64,000 bases of DNA, from contig DATDVE010000013.1 in assembly GCA_036517655.1 (NCBI GenBank), positions 28,364-92,363 on the forward strand, read 5' to 3'. A program made the translations under genes and the position numbers. Positions within the stretch are counted from its first letter, which is position 1, and every line of letters starts with the position of its first letter. The notes under the pieces are model-generated. The model was not told where the DNA came from, ran no database searches, and worked only from the letters and a program-made list of their open reading frames with translations. Shown here in pieces: positions 16,462 through 26,198 of this stretch. Source of the DNA: Minisyncoccota bacterium. Its GTDB lineage: Bacteria > Patescibacteriota > Minisyncoccia > Phycocordibacterales > DATDSR01.

Positions 16462-18188
16462 CTTCGGAAATTATACACAAACAAATAGTCGAGGCGCTAA
16501 AGCGAGCTAACTTGCCCGAGAGCGATTTCGACGTTGAACTTGCGCGCGATTTTGCGCATGGCGATTATGCTAGCAACGTCGCCCTAATAGTAGGTAAGTC
16601 TACAGCGGTTGAACCGCTGGGAATAGCTGAAAAGTTACTGCCATATTTGGGTAATGATGGCGATGGATATATTGAGAAAGTTGAGATTGCCGGACCGGGC
16701 TTCCTGAACTTCTGGTTGTCAGAAAAGTATCATTCTAATGTTTTGCAAAAAGCTGCAATAGACCCCACTTCGCCAAGGCTTCGCGGGGCAAGGTGGGGCT
16801 GGAATGATAGTTTGCGCGGGAAGAAAGTGATGGTCGAGTACACGGATCCGAATGTTATGAAGCCATTTCATATTGGACACTTAATGTCTAACGCAATTGG
16901 CGAAAGTTTGTCGAGACTGTATGAAGCAAGCGGAGCCCAGGTGTCACGAACTAATTATTTTTCCGATGTTGGACTTGCTATCGCTAGAGCTGTTTGGGGC
17001 ATGAAAGAAATGAAGCAAACAATGCCCGCCGAGACGGTCGATGTGCGAGAGCGCACAGACTTTCTAGGTAAAGCTTATGCTTTTGGGGTGAAACAGGCAG
17101 AAGAAGACGAAAGCGTAATGAGCGAGGCGAAAGAAATAAATAGGCAGATTTACGTTAAGCAAGAAGGTGAATACCTTGAGCTTTACAACATTGGTAGACG
17201 TTGGTCTCTTGAGCATTTTGATTTGCTCTACAAGAAGTTGGGGAGCAATTTTGATCATTTGATTGCCGAGAGCGAAGTATCTAAACCGGGGCTCGAGATG
17301 AGTTGGCAAGCCCTCAAGCAAGGAATATTCACCGAGAGTGAGGGAGCAGTTGTTTTTCCCGAAGAGAAGTCCGGCCTGCACACTCGTGTGTTTGTGACCA
17401 AAGAGCAGTTGCCAACTTACGAGGCCAAAGAACTAGCACTCGTTGGGAAGAAACATGAACTCTTCCCGTTCGACTCATCTATTACTATCACAGCCAACGA
17501 GCAGAATGATTACTTCAAAGTTGTACTCAAAGCTGTAGATATTATCTTACCCGAGCTTGCGGGTAAAACTCGGCACGTCTCGCACGGCATGTTGCGTCTG
17601 CCTTCTGGCAAAATGAGCTCGCGCACGGGCAATGTTATTACTGGCGAGGCGCTCATAAATGATGTGGTTCTGAAAGCAAAAGAAAAGAATCCGGATGAGA
17701 AAATTGCCGAGGGTGTTGCAATCGGTGCGATTAAGTACTCTATACTCAAGCAGCAGCCGGGCAAAGATATTATTTTTGACTTCGAGAAGTCACTTTCGCT
17801 TGAGGGGGATAGTGGACCATATTTGCAATATGCTTATGCCCGAGCACGTTCGGTGCTAGAAAAATCCCAAAGTTCAAATCCCAAAGCTCAACCAAATCCC
17901 AATTTCCAAAATCTCAAACTCGGAGAACGGGAAAAGAAACTTGTGCGGGTGATTGCTAGATTTCCGGAGATTATCAAGAATGCGCAGGTACATCTTGCGC
18001 CGCAGAATATTTGCACTTACTTGATAGAGCTCGCTAGTGAGTTCAATAGCTTCTACGCAAGTAATCAGATAATTAATCCAGAAGATAAAGAGACTACGCA
18101 ACTGCGGCTAGTACTTACAGCGGCCGTTGCCCAGACGCTCTCGAACGGGTTATACACATTGGGTATCCCGGTGCTTGAGCATATGTAG
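16458..18188 (+). CDS. argS: Arginine--tRNA ligase
   Basis: Class I HIGH motif (PFHIGHLMSNAIGESL), ArgRS N-terminal domain, 576 aa. Confidence 0.9.
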   Translation: MTSEIIHKQIVEALKRANLPESDFDVELARDFAHGDYASNVALIVGKSTAVEPLGIAEKLLPYLGNDGDGYIEKVEIAGPGFLNFWLSEKYHSNVLQKAAIDPTSPRLRGARWGWNDSLRGKKVMVEYTDPNVMKPFHIGHLMSNAIGESLSRLYEASGAQVSRTNYFSDVGLAIARAVWGMKEMKQTMPAETVDVRERTDFLGKAYAFGVKQAEEDESVMSEAKEINRQIYVKQEGEYLELYNIGRRWSLEHFDLLYKKLGSNFDHLIAESEVSKPGLEMSWQALKQGIFTESEGAVVFPEEKSGLHTRVFVTKEQLPTYEAKELALVGKKHELFPFDSSITITANEQNDYFKVVLKAVDIILPELAGKTRHVSHGMLRLPSGKMSSRTGNVITGEALINDVVLKAKEKNPDEKIAEGVAIGAIKYSILKQQPGKDIIFDFEKSLSLEGDSGPYLQYAYARARSVLEKSQSSNPKAQPNPNFQNLKLGEREKKLVRVIARFPEIIKNAQVHLAPQNICTYLIELASEFNSFYASNQIINPEDKETTQLRLVLTAAVAQTLSNGLYTLGIPVLEHM

Positions 18189-18205
18189 TAGAATATGAGG
18201 GCAAA

Positions 18206-18751
18206 ATGCAGAGTTCAAAAATCAAAATTTCAGTTCAAAAATCAAAATTTTTAATTTTGCCTTTTACTTTTGCCCTTTGCCTTTTGAACTTTAACTTGGC
18301 ATTCGCGGCTCCTTGGTCTCTTGACCTTGTGAGTGCCGTGGATGGCACTGATCAGACCATAACTGTTACTCCGGGCGCGACAGTCAATCTGCGCGGTATT
18401 ATCTACGGTACACCGGGTGGGCAAACCTTCTTTACTTTTAGCTGTGGCAGTACTGTTGTGAAGAAGGGAGAGGTTATGGGGAAGCTTATCAATGACTTAG
18501 CTTGCACGTTGCCCGTAGCAGGCGTGCTTAACCCGAAACTTTCAGTCACGAGAGAGAGCGACGAGCAAACGCTGACAGAAGCTATTACGATCAATTTCAC
18601 CTACGGCAATCCTGGGTCGGATGCTGCGAAGGGTAATGAGGCAGATAATACAGAGAGGGGACGACTTGCCTGGTACGTTGTGGGTATCTTGTTGACAACC
18701 CTGGCTGGAATCATTTATTACACAAGGCAAAGCAGAGGAAGTCAATATTGA
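18206..18751 (+). CDS. Secreted protein with C-terminal TM anchor
   Basis: Signal peptide encoded partly by tandem TCAAAAATCAAAATTT repeats. C-terminal hydrophobic helix plus basic tail. Confidence 0.5.
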   Translation: MQSSKIKISVQKSKFLILPFTFALCLLNFNLAFAAPWSLDLVSAVDGTDQTITVTPGATVNLRGIIYGTPGGQTFFTFSCGSTVVKKGEVMGKLINDLACTLPVAGVLNPKLSVTRESDEQTLTEAITINFTYGNPGSDAAKGNEADNTERGRLAWYVVGILLTTLAGIIYYTRQSRGSQY

Positions 18752-18883
18752 CGCAAATTTGCTTTGAGGCATACTTGTAAGTAGCATCGGCGAGTTCCGT
18801 CAATAGTGGCGGACTTCGCAAGGTCTCATCTTTAACCTTCTTCCCGCGCGAGCAATCGTTGCGGCGGCCCGAAAGGAGCCAGC

Positions 18884-19303
18884 ATGCAAATCACGCGCAG
18901 CCGATTCTTGGCGGCCCTCTCGGCCGCCGCCCTCACCTTCGTCATCGCCTGCAGCAGCGGTGGTGGTCCGACCAGCAAGGAGCCGCCCGACCCGCACGGT
19001 GGCTTCGTGGTCACCTCCACGAGCTTCTGCTACTGCCCGATGCCCGACGGGGCCAACGTGGCCCATGCGAGCCTCGCGTGGGACAAGGCCGATCGCGTCG
19101 ATCCCGACGCGTTCGCCCGGATCATCGGGTTCTACGAGGTCGCGCGCTTCTCCTGCGCCGTCACCCAGACCAGCGGGGCGTGTGGGAGCGTGGTGAACAT
19201 CGGCGATGCCGTCGCGACCCAATACGAGCTCGAGCTCGTTTCGCAGGGGCTGCACCTGTCCACCGGCGGATTCCCGCCCGCGGTCTGTAGTACCTGCCCC
19301 TAG
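18884..19303 (+). CDS. Putative lipoprotein (GC-rich island V, about 67% GC)
   Basis: AAAGGAG SD. Signal peptide with lipobox LTFVIAC. Followed by GGGGGCGAGG...CCTCGCCCCC terminator. Confidence 0.5.
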   Translation: MQITRSRFLAALSAAALTFVIACSSGGGPTSKEPPDPHGGFVVTSTSFCYCPMPDGANVAHASLAWDKADRVDPDAFARIIGFYEVARFSCAVTQTSGACGSVVNIGDAVATQYELELVSQGLHLSTGGFPPAVCSTCP

Positions 19304-19326
19304 GGGCAGGCCGAAGGTTGAAGGTC

Positions 19327-19375
19327 GGGGGCGAGGTATGCACAGTTGTGCTCCTCGCCCCCTTCTCCGTTTGAT
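19327..19375 (+). terminator. Rho-independent-like terminator after lipoprotein gene
   Basis: 10-bp GC stem followed by a T-containing tract. A TATAAT for the next gene follows. Confidence 0.5.
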
Positions 19376-19398
19376 ACTGGCGTACTATAATTTAAGGT

Positions 19399-22095
19399 AT
19401 GCAAAAGGTGCTCTCATTGTCGAAGCTTTCTTTAATATTTACAATCCTGTTCCTTGGACTTGTTGTGACGAATAAAGCGTATGCCCAAAGTGCAGGGTCG
19501 CTCGAGATAATCCCAGAAAACCATGCACTAGTTGGCTTCGGCTACGGCTCAGACGACAAGAATTGTACTCTATATTGGAAGGAGGGCAGAATGTACGCAG
19601 ATGGCACAATAGGTGAGATAGATACCAATTGGCATGAGAAGGGTTGCTATTATGGCAATGCAAATCACTATGGAGATGACACGATCCCGAGTTCGGCTCG
19701 TCAAAAGCAAGCTCCAAGTAACGAGTATCTAACAGCATGGAGTTGGGATTCTGACACAGATGGAGGCAGGAAATTGGGTATTCCCCCAAACGAATATACG
19801 GATATAGATTATCCAGGTAACGAATGTTTCTATCAGATATACCAACAATTTGACCCTAACACTAAGGCATTTATAGGTTCACCTAAGGCTTTCGGCTCGC
19901 CGTATGATGGTAGTTGTAACGAACGCCAATATGAGTTTGCTTGGTTGCAGCGATTCGCTGTCGCAAACCCGGGCAAGGTACTTGTGGCTGTGGGTTTGAG
20001 TCTCGGTGGGGACGGCGACGTTAATTATGTTTCTATTGCTTCGCGCAAACCACCCCCAGCTGCACCTAGCTGTACAACGCCCGGACCGGGGACTAATCAG
20101 ATGATAGGCTGCAAGTTCTACGATGTTCCGTATACCGAGAAGCTCACATATATTGGTGGCAATGCTCCTGCGGGACCAAGTACAGGTAGCCCTGCGCCGA
20201 CGTCATTTACTGCCATTGATCAAATTTTTTCTGGAGGACTTTTAGACGGCTATAAAGATTTTTCTTTACGTTGGCAGGGAACATTCAATTTCTCAAGTGG
20301 CGATTACGATTTTATTCTCGAGAATCCGGATGATGGCGTTAGGTTATATATCGACGGGGCATTAGTCACAGACAAGTGGGTAGTGCAATGCTGCAACAAC
20401 TTTACTACCCGAAGGAGCGGGTTCAGTGGGTCTCATACGATCAAGCTTGAGTACTTCAATCAAGGCGGCCCCGCGCAGGTCAAATTGCGCTGGCAGAAAG
20501 TTGGAGATCCGCCTCCACCCCAACCTACACCCACGCTCACATTCACCGCTAGCCCGCCGAATATTACCTCTCCTGGGCAAGCCTTATTAGAGTGGTCAAG
20601 TTCGAATGTGACATCTTGCACAGCAAGTGCTTCGCCAGCGAATTCCCAATGGACTGGAAGCAAAGCAGTTGGACCTGATAAACAGCAGGATGTCACAAAT
20701 TTAACTCAAACCACAACTTTCTATCTCGAATGCGATGGACCTTATGGCAAAACTCCCAAACGCGAGCAAACTGTTACTGTGAGCCCACCGTCACCCGTAG
20801 AGCCTTACGGTTTCCACGATGGAGTTGAAGCCGACTGCTCGATCACTTGGGGATGGACATGCGATTCTGACGACTTTGCCACGCCACTTAATGTCCGCTT
20901 CTATACTCACGATAACAATGCCTGGCAATTCCGCGGCGAGATGACTGCGGATGGCAATCGGCCCGACGTGGCAAGTAGTTGTGGCGGTAACCCCAATCAC
21001 GGATTCATCTGGACTCTGCCAGAGAGCCTCAAGGACGGTTTTCAGCACGAACTCTCCGCATGGCCTTGCGGCATCCCTGACGACCCCAATATCCCGGGTT
21101 GCGATTATTCGGTGAATCCGCTACCAATACCCAAGATCATTACTTGTGGGGCGCCACCACCACCACCCGCTGTTGATATATCAGCCTCGCCTACTACTGT
21201 GCCCTATAACACAGCGAGCACACTTAGCTGGACGTCGCAAAGCGTAGTTTCCTGTTCCGCCTCCGCCGATCCTATTAACACAAACTGGACAGGCGATAAA
21301 CCGATCTCGAGTTCTGGCTACAGCACCGGCCCGCTCACCGAGACAACCGTGTTCACAATCACCTGTCTCGATGCGGGTAATCAGCCGTACACGGATCGAG
21401 TAACAGTGACTGTGGGACAGCCCGTGGCCAATATTAATCTTACCGCGTCGCCTCAAGCAATCACGCCTGGGGATACGTCGACGCTCAACTGGGATACCTC
21501 TAATATTATCTCCGGATCTTGTGTGGCAAGTGGCGGTTGGTCTGGGACCAAATCGGATTCGGGCAGTCAAGTTGTGGGTCCACTTAATGTGACAACGACT
21601 TTCACTCTCACTTGCAAGGATCTCAATAATCAAGATGTTGTGAAGTCTGTTACGGTGACAGTGGGTTCGGGCACATTGGGAGTGACGCTCTTCATAAATG
21701 CGGGTGGTGGTTGGCAGGAAGATACGCAAGCGGCGCTGCCCGCCAACAATGTTGACCTGCGAGGTGATGTATCTGGAACAGTGCTTGGCCCAATCACATA
21801 CAAATTCTGGTGCGATGCGTCGCAAACAAATCCCACCATCACCGAAACAAGCAATCTTGATCCAAAGGATTACATAGATCTCTGCGATTACACAACGCAG
21901 GGTATATATACAGCTAAAGTGACAATAACTCGGGCAGGCCTGGATGCTTCTGACACGGGTAGAATTACTGTGGCGAGAAGTTGCGCCTTGGGCGCGGCTC
22001 CGAATAATCGCCACTTCGCTCGTCTTGAGTTGGTTGAACCAAGTTTTGACTTACCCGGGCTTATTCAGAGCATTATTCTCGCCATCTCGCATTAA
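19399..22095 (+). CDS. Large secreted surface protein with PA14 domain and Ig-like repeats
   Basis: Signal peptide. PA14 signature FSLRWQGTFNFSSGDYDFILENPDDGVRLYIDGALV. Repeated SCTASASPANSQWTG-like Ig modules. Confidence 0.7.
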   Translation: MQKVLSLSKLSLIFTILFLGLVVTNKAYAQSAGSLEIIPENHALVGFGYGSDDKNCTLYWKEGRMYADGTIGEIDTNWHEKGCYYGNANHYGDDTIPSSARQKQAPSNEYLTAWSWDSDTDGGRKLGIPPNEYTDIDYPGNECFYQIYQQFDPNTKAFIGSPKAFGSPYDGSCNERQYEFAWLQRFAVANPGKVLVAVGLSLGGDGDVNYVSIASRKPPPAAPSCTTPGPGTNQMIGCKFYDVPYTEKLTYIGGNAPAGPSTGSPAPTSFTAIDQIFSGGLLDGYKDFSLRWQGTFNFSSGDYDFILENPDDGVRLYIDGALVTDKWVVQCCNNFTTRRSGFSGSHTIKLEYFNQGGPAQVKLRWQKVGDPPPPQPTPTLTFTASPPNITSPGQALLEWSSSNVTSCTASASPANSQWTGSKAVGPDKQQDVTNLTQTTTFYLECDGPYGKTPKREQTVTVSPPSPVEPYGFHDGVEADCSITWGWTCDSDDFATPLNVRFYTHDNNAWQFRGEMTADGNRPDVASSCGGNPNHGFIWTLPESLKDGFQHELSAWPCGIPDDPNIPGCDYSVNPLPIPKIITCGAPPPPPAVDISASPTTVPYNTASTLSWTSQSVVSCSASADPINTNWTGDKPISSSGYSTGPLTETTVFTITCLDAGNQPYTDRVTVTVGQPVANINLTASPQAITPGDTSTLNWDTSNIISGSCVASGGWSGTKSDSGSQVVGPLNVTTTFTLTCKDLNNQDVVKSVTVTVGSGTLGVTLFINAGGGWQEDTQAALPANNVDLRGDVSGTVLGPITYKFWCDASQTNPTITETSNLDPKDYIDLCDYTTQGIYTAKVTITRAGLDASDTGRITVARSCALGAAPNNRHFARLELVEPSFDLPGLIQSIILAISH

Positions 22096-22122
22096 GAGCC
22101 AGTCTAAGCTATATTTACACTT

Positions 22123-25100
22123 ATGACTGGCCCCACACCGGCTAATTTGCCAGAGAAGTCTGACGCTGCCAAGAGAGAAGAAGAAACTCTCAAGTTTTGG
22201 CAGGAAAACAAAATCTTCGAGAAGTCCCTCAAGTTAAGAGAGGGCAAAGAAGAGTTTGTCTTTTATGATGGCCCACCGTTTGCTACCGGCTTGCCCCACC
22301 ATGGCACATTACTTTCCTCTGTGGCTAAAGATGTTATTCCGCGATACAAAACAATGCGCGGGTTTTATGTACGCAGGCGCTGGGGCTGGGATACTCACGG
22401 TTTACCTATAGAGAATATGATCGAGAAGGATTTGGGGCTAAAGTCAAAAAAAGATATTTTGGCATTGGGGATTGAGCAGTTTAACGAAGCTTGCCGGGCT
22501 AAAGTTATGCAATACGCGCATGATTGGCAGAAATACGTTGATCGAGTTGGGCGCTGGGTTGAGTTTGAGAGCGCATACAAGACAATGGACGCAACGTACA
22601 CAGAGAGCGTGTGGTGGGCGCTCAAACAAATGCACGAGAAAGGCTTGCTATATGAGGGCAGGAAAGTGCTCATGTACTGTCCACATTGCGAGACGCCCCT
22701 GGCCAAAGCCGAGATTGCCATGGATAACTCATATAAAGATGTTACAGAAGAAGCCGTCACAGTGAAGTTTAGGTTGAAAATTGAAAATTGGAAATTGAAA
22801 ATTGCAGATACGCCCACGTATCTGCTGGCCTGGACTACCACGCCATGGACACTCCCTGCCAATGTGGCACTAGCTGTTGGGCCGGAGATCGAGTACTCGT
22901 TAGTAACTCACCCGGACTCCGTCTCGCCCTCTCTTATTAATAAGAGAGGGGTAGGGGTGAGTTATATTGTGGCTTCCGCATTAGTTGAGAAGCATTTTGG
23001 CAAAGATGCAAAAGTTGAGAAAACTTTTTTTGGCAAAGATTTAGAGGGGATAGAGTACGAGCCGCTCTTCCAGATTCCAGCTGTCCAGCAATCTGGTAAG
23101 CCAGCGTACTATGTTGCTCTGGCAGACTTTGTGAGTACAGAAGAAGGCACAGGCATTGTGCACACGGCTGTGATATATGGCGAGGACGACTACCAGCTAG
23201 GACTGAAAAATGATTTGCCCATGGTTCCCATATTAAATTCAAATGGCACTTACAATGATTTAGTGCCGGAGTTTTTGCAGGGGCAATACATCAAGAAAGC
23301 AGATAAGTTAGTGATAGAGGATCTCGAGAAGAGGGGTTTACTTTTCTCCAAAGCGCCAAACACGCATAGTTATCCGCATTGTTATCGTTGTGGCACGGCG
23401 CTCATATATAACGCGCTCTCCAGTTGGTTTGTCAACATTCAGAAGATCAAAGCGCGCATGATTGAGCTCAATGAGAAGATAAACTGGGTGCCAGAGCACC
23501 TGAAGCACGGCAGATTCTTGAACATTGTCGAGAACGCCCCCGATTGGACAATCTCGCGTAACAGATTCTGGGCAAGTCCATTGCCGATCTGGAAATGTAG
23601 TGAATGCGATTTAGTTAAAGTTGTGGGATCCCTCTCGGATTTGGAAGATAACCGCTCCACCAAACCGAATAAGTACATTTTGGTTCGTCATGGTCAGAGC
23701 GAAAAGAATAGTGGCAACGGAGAGCAGGGGGTCATCGCCACTACTCGCGAGGGTGATAGGTACCACTTAACAGAAGAAGGTCGAGAGCAGAGCAGGAAAA
23801 TTGCCTCTGAACTCAAATCACAAAACATTGACCTAATTGTGACCTCGCCTTATCTGCGCACTAAGGAGACGGCAGAGGCAATAGGAAGCCTTCTGGGCGT
23901 GAAGGTAGAAGAGGACGAAAGATTGAAGGAACTCCAGCTGGGTCAGACGCTCGAGGGCAAGACATGGGATGCTTTCAGAGAATTCGAGGGGAAGCGCGGT
24001 TTCGATGATCACTTAGGAGAGGGAGAGAGTTGTCGCGAGATGTTGGAACGTATGAGAGCCGTTGTTGTTGACCTAGATAAGAAGTACCAAGGGAAAAGCA
24101 TTGTTCTTGTGAGCCATGGTGATCCACTTTGGCTTCTGCGTTCTTATCTTATGAATCTCTCTCCTCAAGAAACACTCAAGCAGCATGATTCTCTGTATCC
24201 TAAGCGGGGGGAATTTTATGTTTTATCTCACAGCAATTACCCAAGGAACAAAAACATGGAGCTTGATTTTCACCGGCCCTACATTGATGCGATTAAGCTT
24301 GCTTGTTCATGTGGGGGCGAAATGGTGCGCATACCGGAGGTGGTTGATTGCTGGGTGGAATCTGGCTCGATGCCCTTCGCCGAGTATCATTACCCCACAG
24401 AAAACAAAAAAGAATTTGAAGGCCGATTTCCGGGAGACTACATAGCCGAGTACATTTCCCAGACCAGGACTTGGTTCTATTACATGCTCGCTGTTTCGAC
24501 AGCACTCTTTGATCGCGAGCCATTCAAGAATGTTGTAACAACTGGCAACTTACTTGCAGCGGATGGAGCCAAGATAAGTAAGTCTAAAGGCAACTATACG
24601 GACCCGCTTCTTCTGATTGATAAATATGGAGCAGATGCATATCGCTACTACGAAATGGTATCTGTTGTTATGCAGGGGGAAGATGCGCTCTTCAAAGACG
24701 ACGAGGTGAAAGAAGTGTATCAGCGCATGATAAACATTCTCTGGAATGTTGTTCAATTTTATACGACGTATAAAATTGAAGGGCAAAGTGCAAAGGTCAA
24801 AAATCAAAATTACACTTCAAAATTTGAAAATGTGCTGGATCGGTGGATACTCGCAAGATTGGCAGAACTCAATCGTGATGTGACAGAGAATCTAGATAAA
24901 TTTGATACAGTCAAAGCCGGTCGGCCAATCAGGGACTTTGTCACGGATCTATCAACCTGGTATATTCGCCGGTCGCGCGATCGCTTTAAATCAGATAATG
25001 CGCAAGATAGAGACAGTGCTATTGGGACGACTAGATTTGTGCTGCTGGAGCTCTCTAAACTAATAGCGCCGTTTATGCCATTCCTTGCCGAACAAGTATA

Positions 25101-25605
25101 CAAAGCCGTAGGTGGTGAACTCGAGTCAGTCCATCTGGAGAACTGGACTGAAATAAAGTCCGAGCCAGAGCATTCTGATGTTCTTGAGAACACCAGAATA
25201 ACGCGCGACATAGTGTCGCTAGCGCTCGAGGCACGCCAGAAGGAGGGGATCAAAGTGCGCCAGCCGCTTGCAAGTTTACAAACTAGCGCAAAGCTTGCTC
25301 CAGAATATCTGGAGTTGATAAAAGACGAGGTGAATGTCAAAGAAGTAAAGTTTGGCCCAGAGCTCCTTCTCGACACAAACATAACGCCTGAACTCGAACT
25401 CGAAGGCAAGATGCGCGATCTAGTAAGATCTGTGCAAGAGAAGCGCAAGGACTTGGGTCTCCAGCCCACTGATCAGGTCAATCTCACTCTCCCAACTTCA
25501 CTTGGGGATCTGATCCCTAAGTTTGAAAGCGAAATCAAAAAATCTGTGCATGCACAAAATGTGTCATTAGCAGACACACAAGAAATAAAGATAGAAAAAG
25601 TATGA
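22123..25605 (+). CDS. ileS: Isoleucine--tRNA ligase with in-frame MITE insertion and inserted histidine-phosphatase domain
   Basis: PFATGLPHHGT (HIGH), WTTTPWTLPAN, KISKSKGN (KMSKS). 1160 aa. MITE at 22904-22964. PGAM-like domain (LVRHGQSEKN, TSPYLRTKETAEAI, LVSHGDP) at about 23632-24255, between the CxxC and CxC zinc-finger halves. Confidence 0.9.
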   Translation: MTGPTPANLPEKSDAAKREEETLKFWQENKIFEKSLKLREGKEEFVFYDGPPFATGLPHHGTLLSSVAKDVIPRYKTMRGFYVRRRWGWDTHGLPIENMIEKDLGLKSKKDILALGIEQFNEACRAKVMQYAHDWQKYVDRVGRWVEFESAYKTMDATYTESVWWALKQMHEKGLLYEGRKVLMYCPHCETPLAKAEIAMDNSYKDVTEEAVTVKFRLKIENWKLKIADTPTYLLAWTTTPWTLPANVALAVGPEIEYSLVTHPDSVSPSLINKRGVGVSYIVASALVEKHFGKDAKVEKTFFGKDLEGIEYEPLFQIPAVQQSGKPAYYVALADFVSTEEGTGIVHTAVIYGEDDYQLGLKNDLPMVPILNSNGTYNDLVPEFLQGQYIKKADKLVIEDLEKRGLLFSKAPNTHSYPHCYRCGTALIYNALSSWFVNIQKIKARMIELNEKINWVPEHLKHGRFLNIVENAPDWTISRNRFWASPLPIWKCSECDLVKVVGSLSDLEDNRSTKPNKYILVRHGQSEKNSGNGEQGVIATTREGDRYHLTEEGREQSRKIASELKSQNIDLIVTSPYLRTKETAEAIGSLLGVKVEEDERLKELQLGQTLEGKTWDAFREFEGKRGFDDHLGEGESCREMLERMRAVVVDLDKKYQGKSIVLVSHGDPLWLLRSYLMNLSPQETLKQHDSLYPKRGEFYVLSHSNYPRNKNMELDFHRPYIDAIKLACSCGGEMVRIPEVVDCWVESGSMPFAEYHYPTENKKEFEGRFPGDYIAEYISQTRTWFYYMLAVSTALFDREPFKNVVTTGNLLAADGAKISKSKGNYTDPLLLIDKYGADAYRYYEMVSVVMQGEDALFKDDEVKEVYQRMINILWNVVQFYTTYKIEGQSAKVKNQNYTSKFENVLDRWILARLAELNRDVTENLDKFDTVKAGRPIRDFVTDLSTWYIRRSRDRFKSDNAQDRDSAIGTTRFVLLELSKLIAPFMPFLAEQVYKAVGGELESVHLENWTEIKSEPEHSDVLENTRITRDIVSLALEARQKEGIKVRQPLASLQTSAKLAPEYLELIKDEVNVKEVKFGPELLLDTNITPELELEGKMRDLVRSVQEKRKDLGLQPTDQVNLTLPTSLGDLIPKFESEIKKSVHAQNVSLADTQEIKIEKV
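22904..22964. mobile_element. MITE-like palindromic element copy 2, in frame within ileS
   Basis: TAACTCACCC...GGGGTGAGTTA with internal CCCTCTCTTATTAATAAGAGAGGG. Translated as VTHPDSVSPSLINKRGVGVSY inside IleRS. Confidence 0.8.
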
Positions 25606-26198
25606 GGCGGGTAATTATTGTGCATTGTTGGGAAGGGACTCCTGATTTTTGTTGGTATTCTTATGCCAAGCGCGAACTGGAGAAATTGGGTTTCGAAGTT
25701 AATGTTCCGGCTATGCCGGACACCAGTACTCCCCGATTTATTCCATGGCTCACTAAACTGCAGGAGGAGATTGGGTCAGCAAGTGAGGAGCTGTATCTTA
25801 TTGGTCATAGTTTGGGCGGACCAACTATAATGAAGTATTTGGGAACTCTCGCAGAAGGTACAAAAGTGGGTGGGGTTGTGTTTGTTGCCGTACCCACAGA
25901 TACACTAGATGAAGTTGCTGCAATTCAAGACAAATCCGTTTTGCCAGAATTCTTTGGTGACGGGATAAATTGGAATAAAGTTAAAGAAAGCTCAAAGGCA
26001 TTTATCGGCATTTATTCTGACGACGATCCATATATAGACTCAAGACACGCGGAAGTGATTAAAGAAAAACTTGGAGCAGAAATTATCACAAAACATGGTT
26101 TGGGGCACATGTCTGAACCAGACGGTGAGGGTGACATAATGGTAGTCAAAGAACTGCCCGACGTTGTCGAAGCAATTAAAAAGCTAGCGCATGTCTGA
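25602..26198 (+). CDS. Alpha/beta hydrolase (YdeN/RBBP9-like serine hydrolase)
   Basis: GHSLGG nucleophile elbow, about 200 aa, 4-nt overlap with the ileS stop. Confidence 0.7.
   Translation: MRRVIIVHCWEGTPDFCWYSYAKRELEKLGFEVNVPAMPDTSTPRFIPWLTKLQEEIGSASEELYLIGHSLGGPTIMKYLGTLAEGTKVGGVVFVAVPTDTLDEVAAIQDKSVLPEFFGDGINWNKVKESSKAFIGIYSDDDPYIDSRHAEVIKEKLGAEIITKHGLGHMSEPDGEGDIMVVKELPDVVEAIKKLAHV

Noticed and set aside
21181-22014. 277-aa minus-strand ORF inside the PA14 surface-protein gene, with similar long antisense ORFs 24810-25469, 8371-8907, 11348-11776, 13143-13553 and 57085-57579
   Set aside because: Antisense to well-supported genes. Arg/Cys/Ser-rich low-complexity translations typical of spurious ORFs. 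No SD.
23632-24255. Intein in ileS
   Set aside because: Inserted segment has RHG/SHG histidine-phosphatase motifs. No Hint-domain block A/B or C-terminal HN. Not at a catalytic-site junction.
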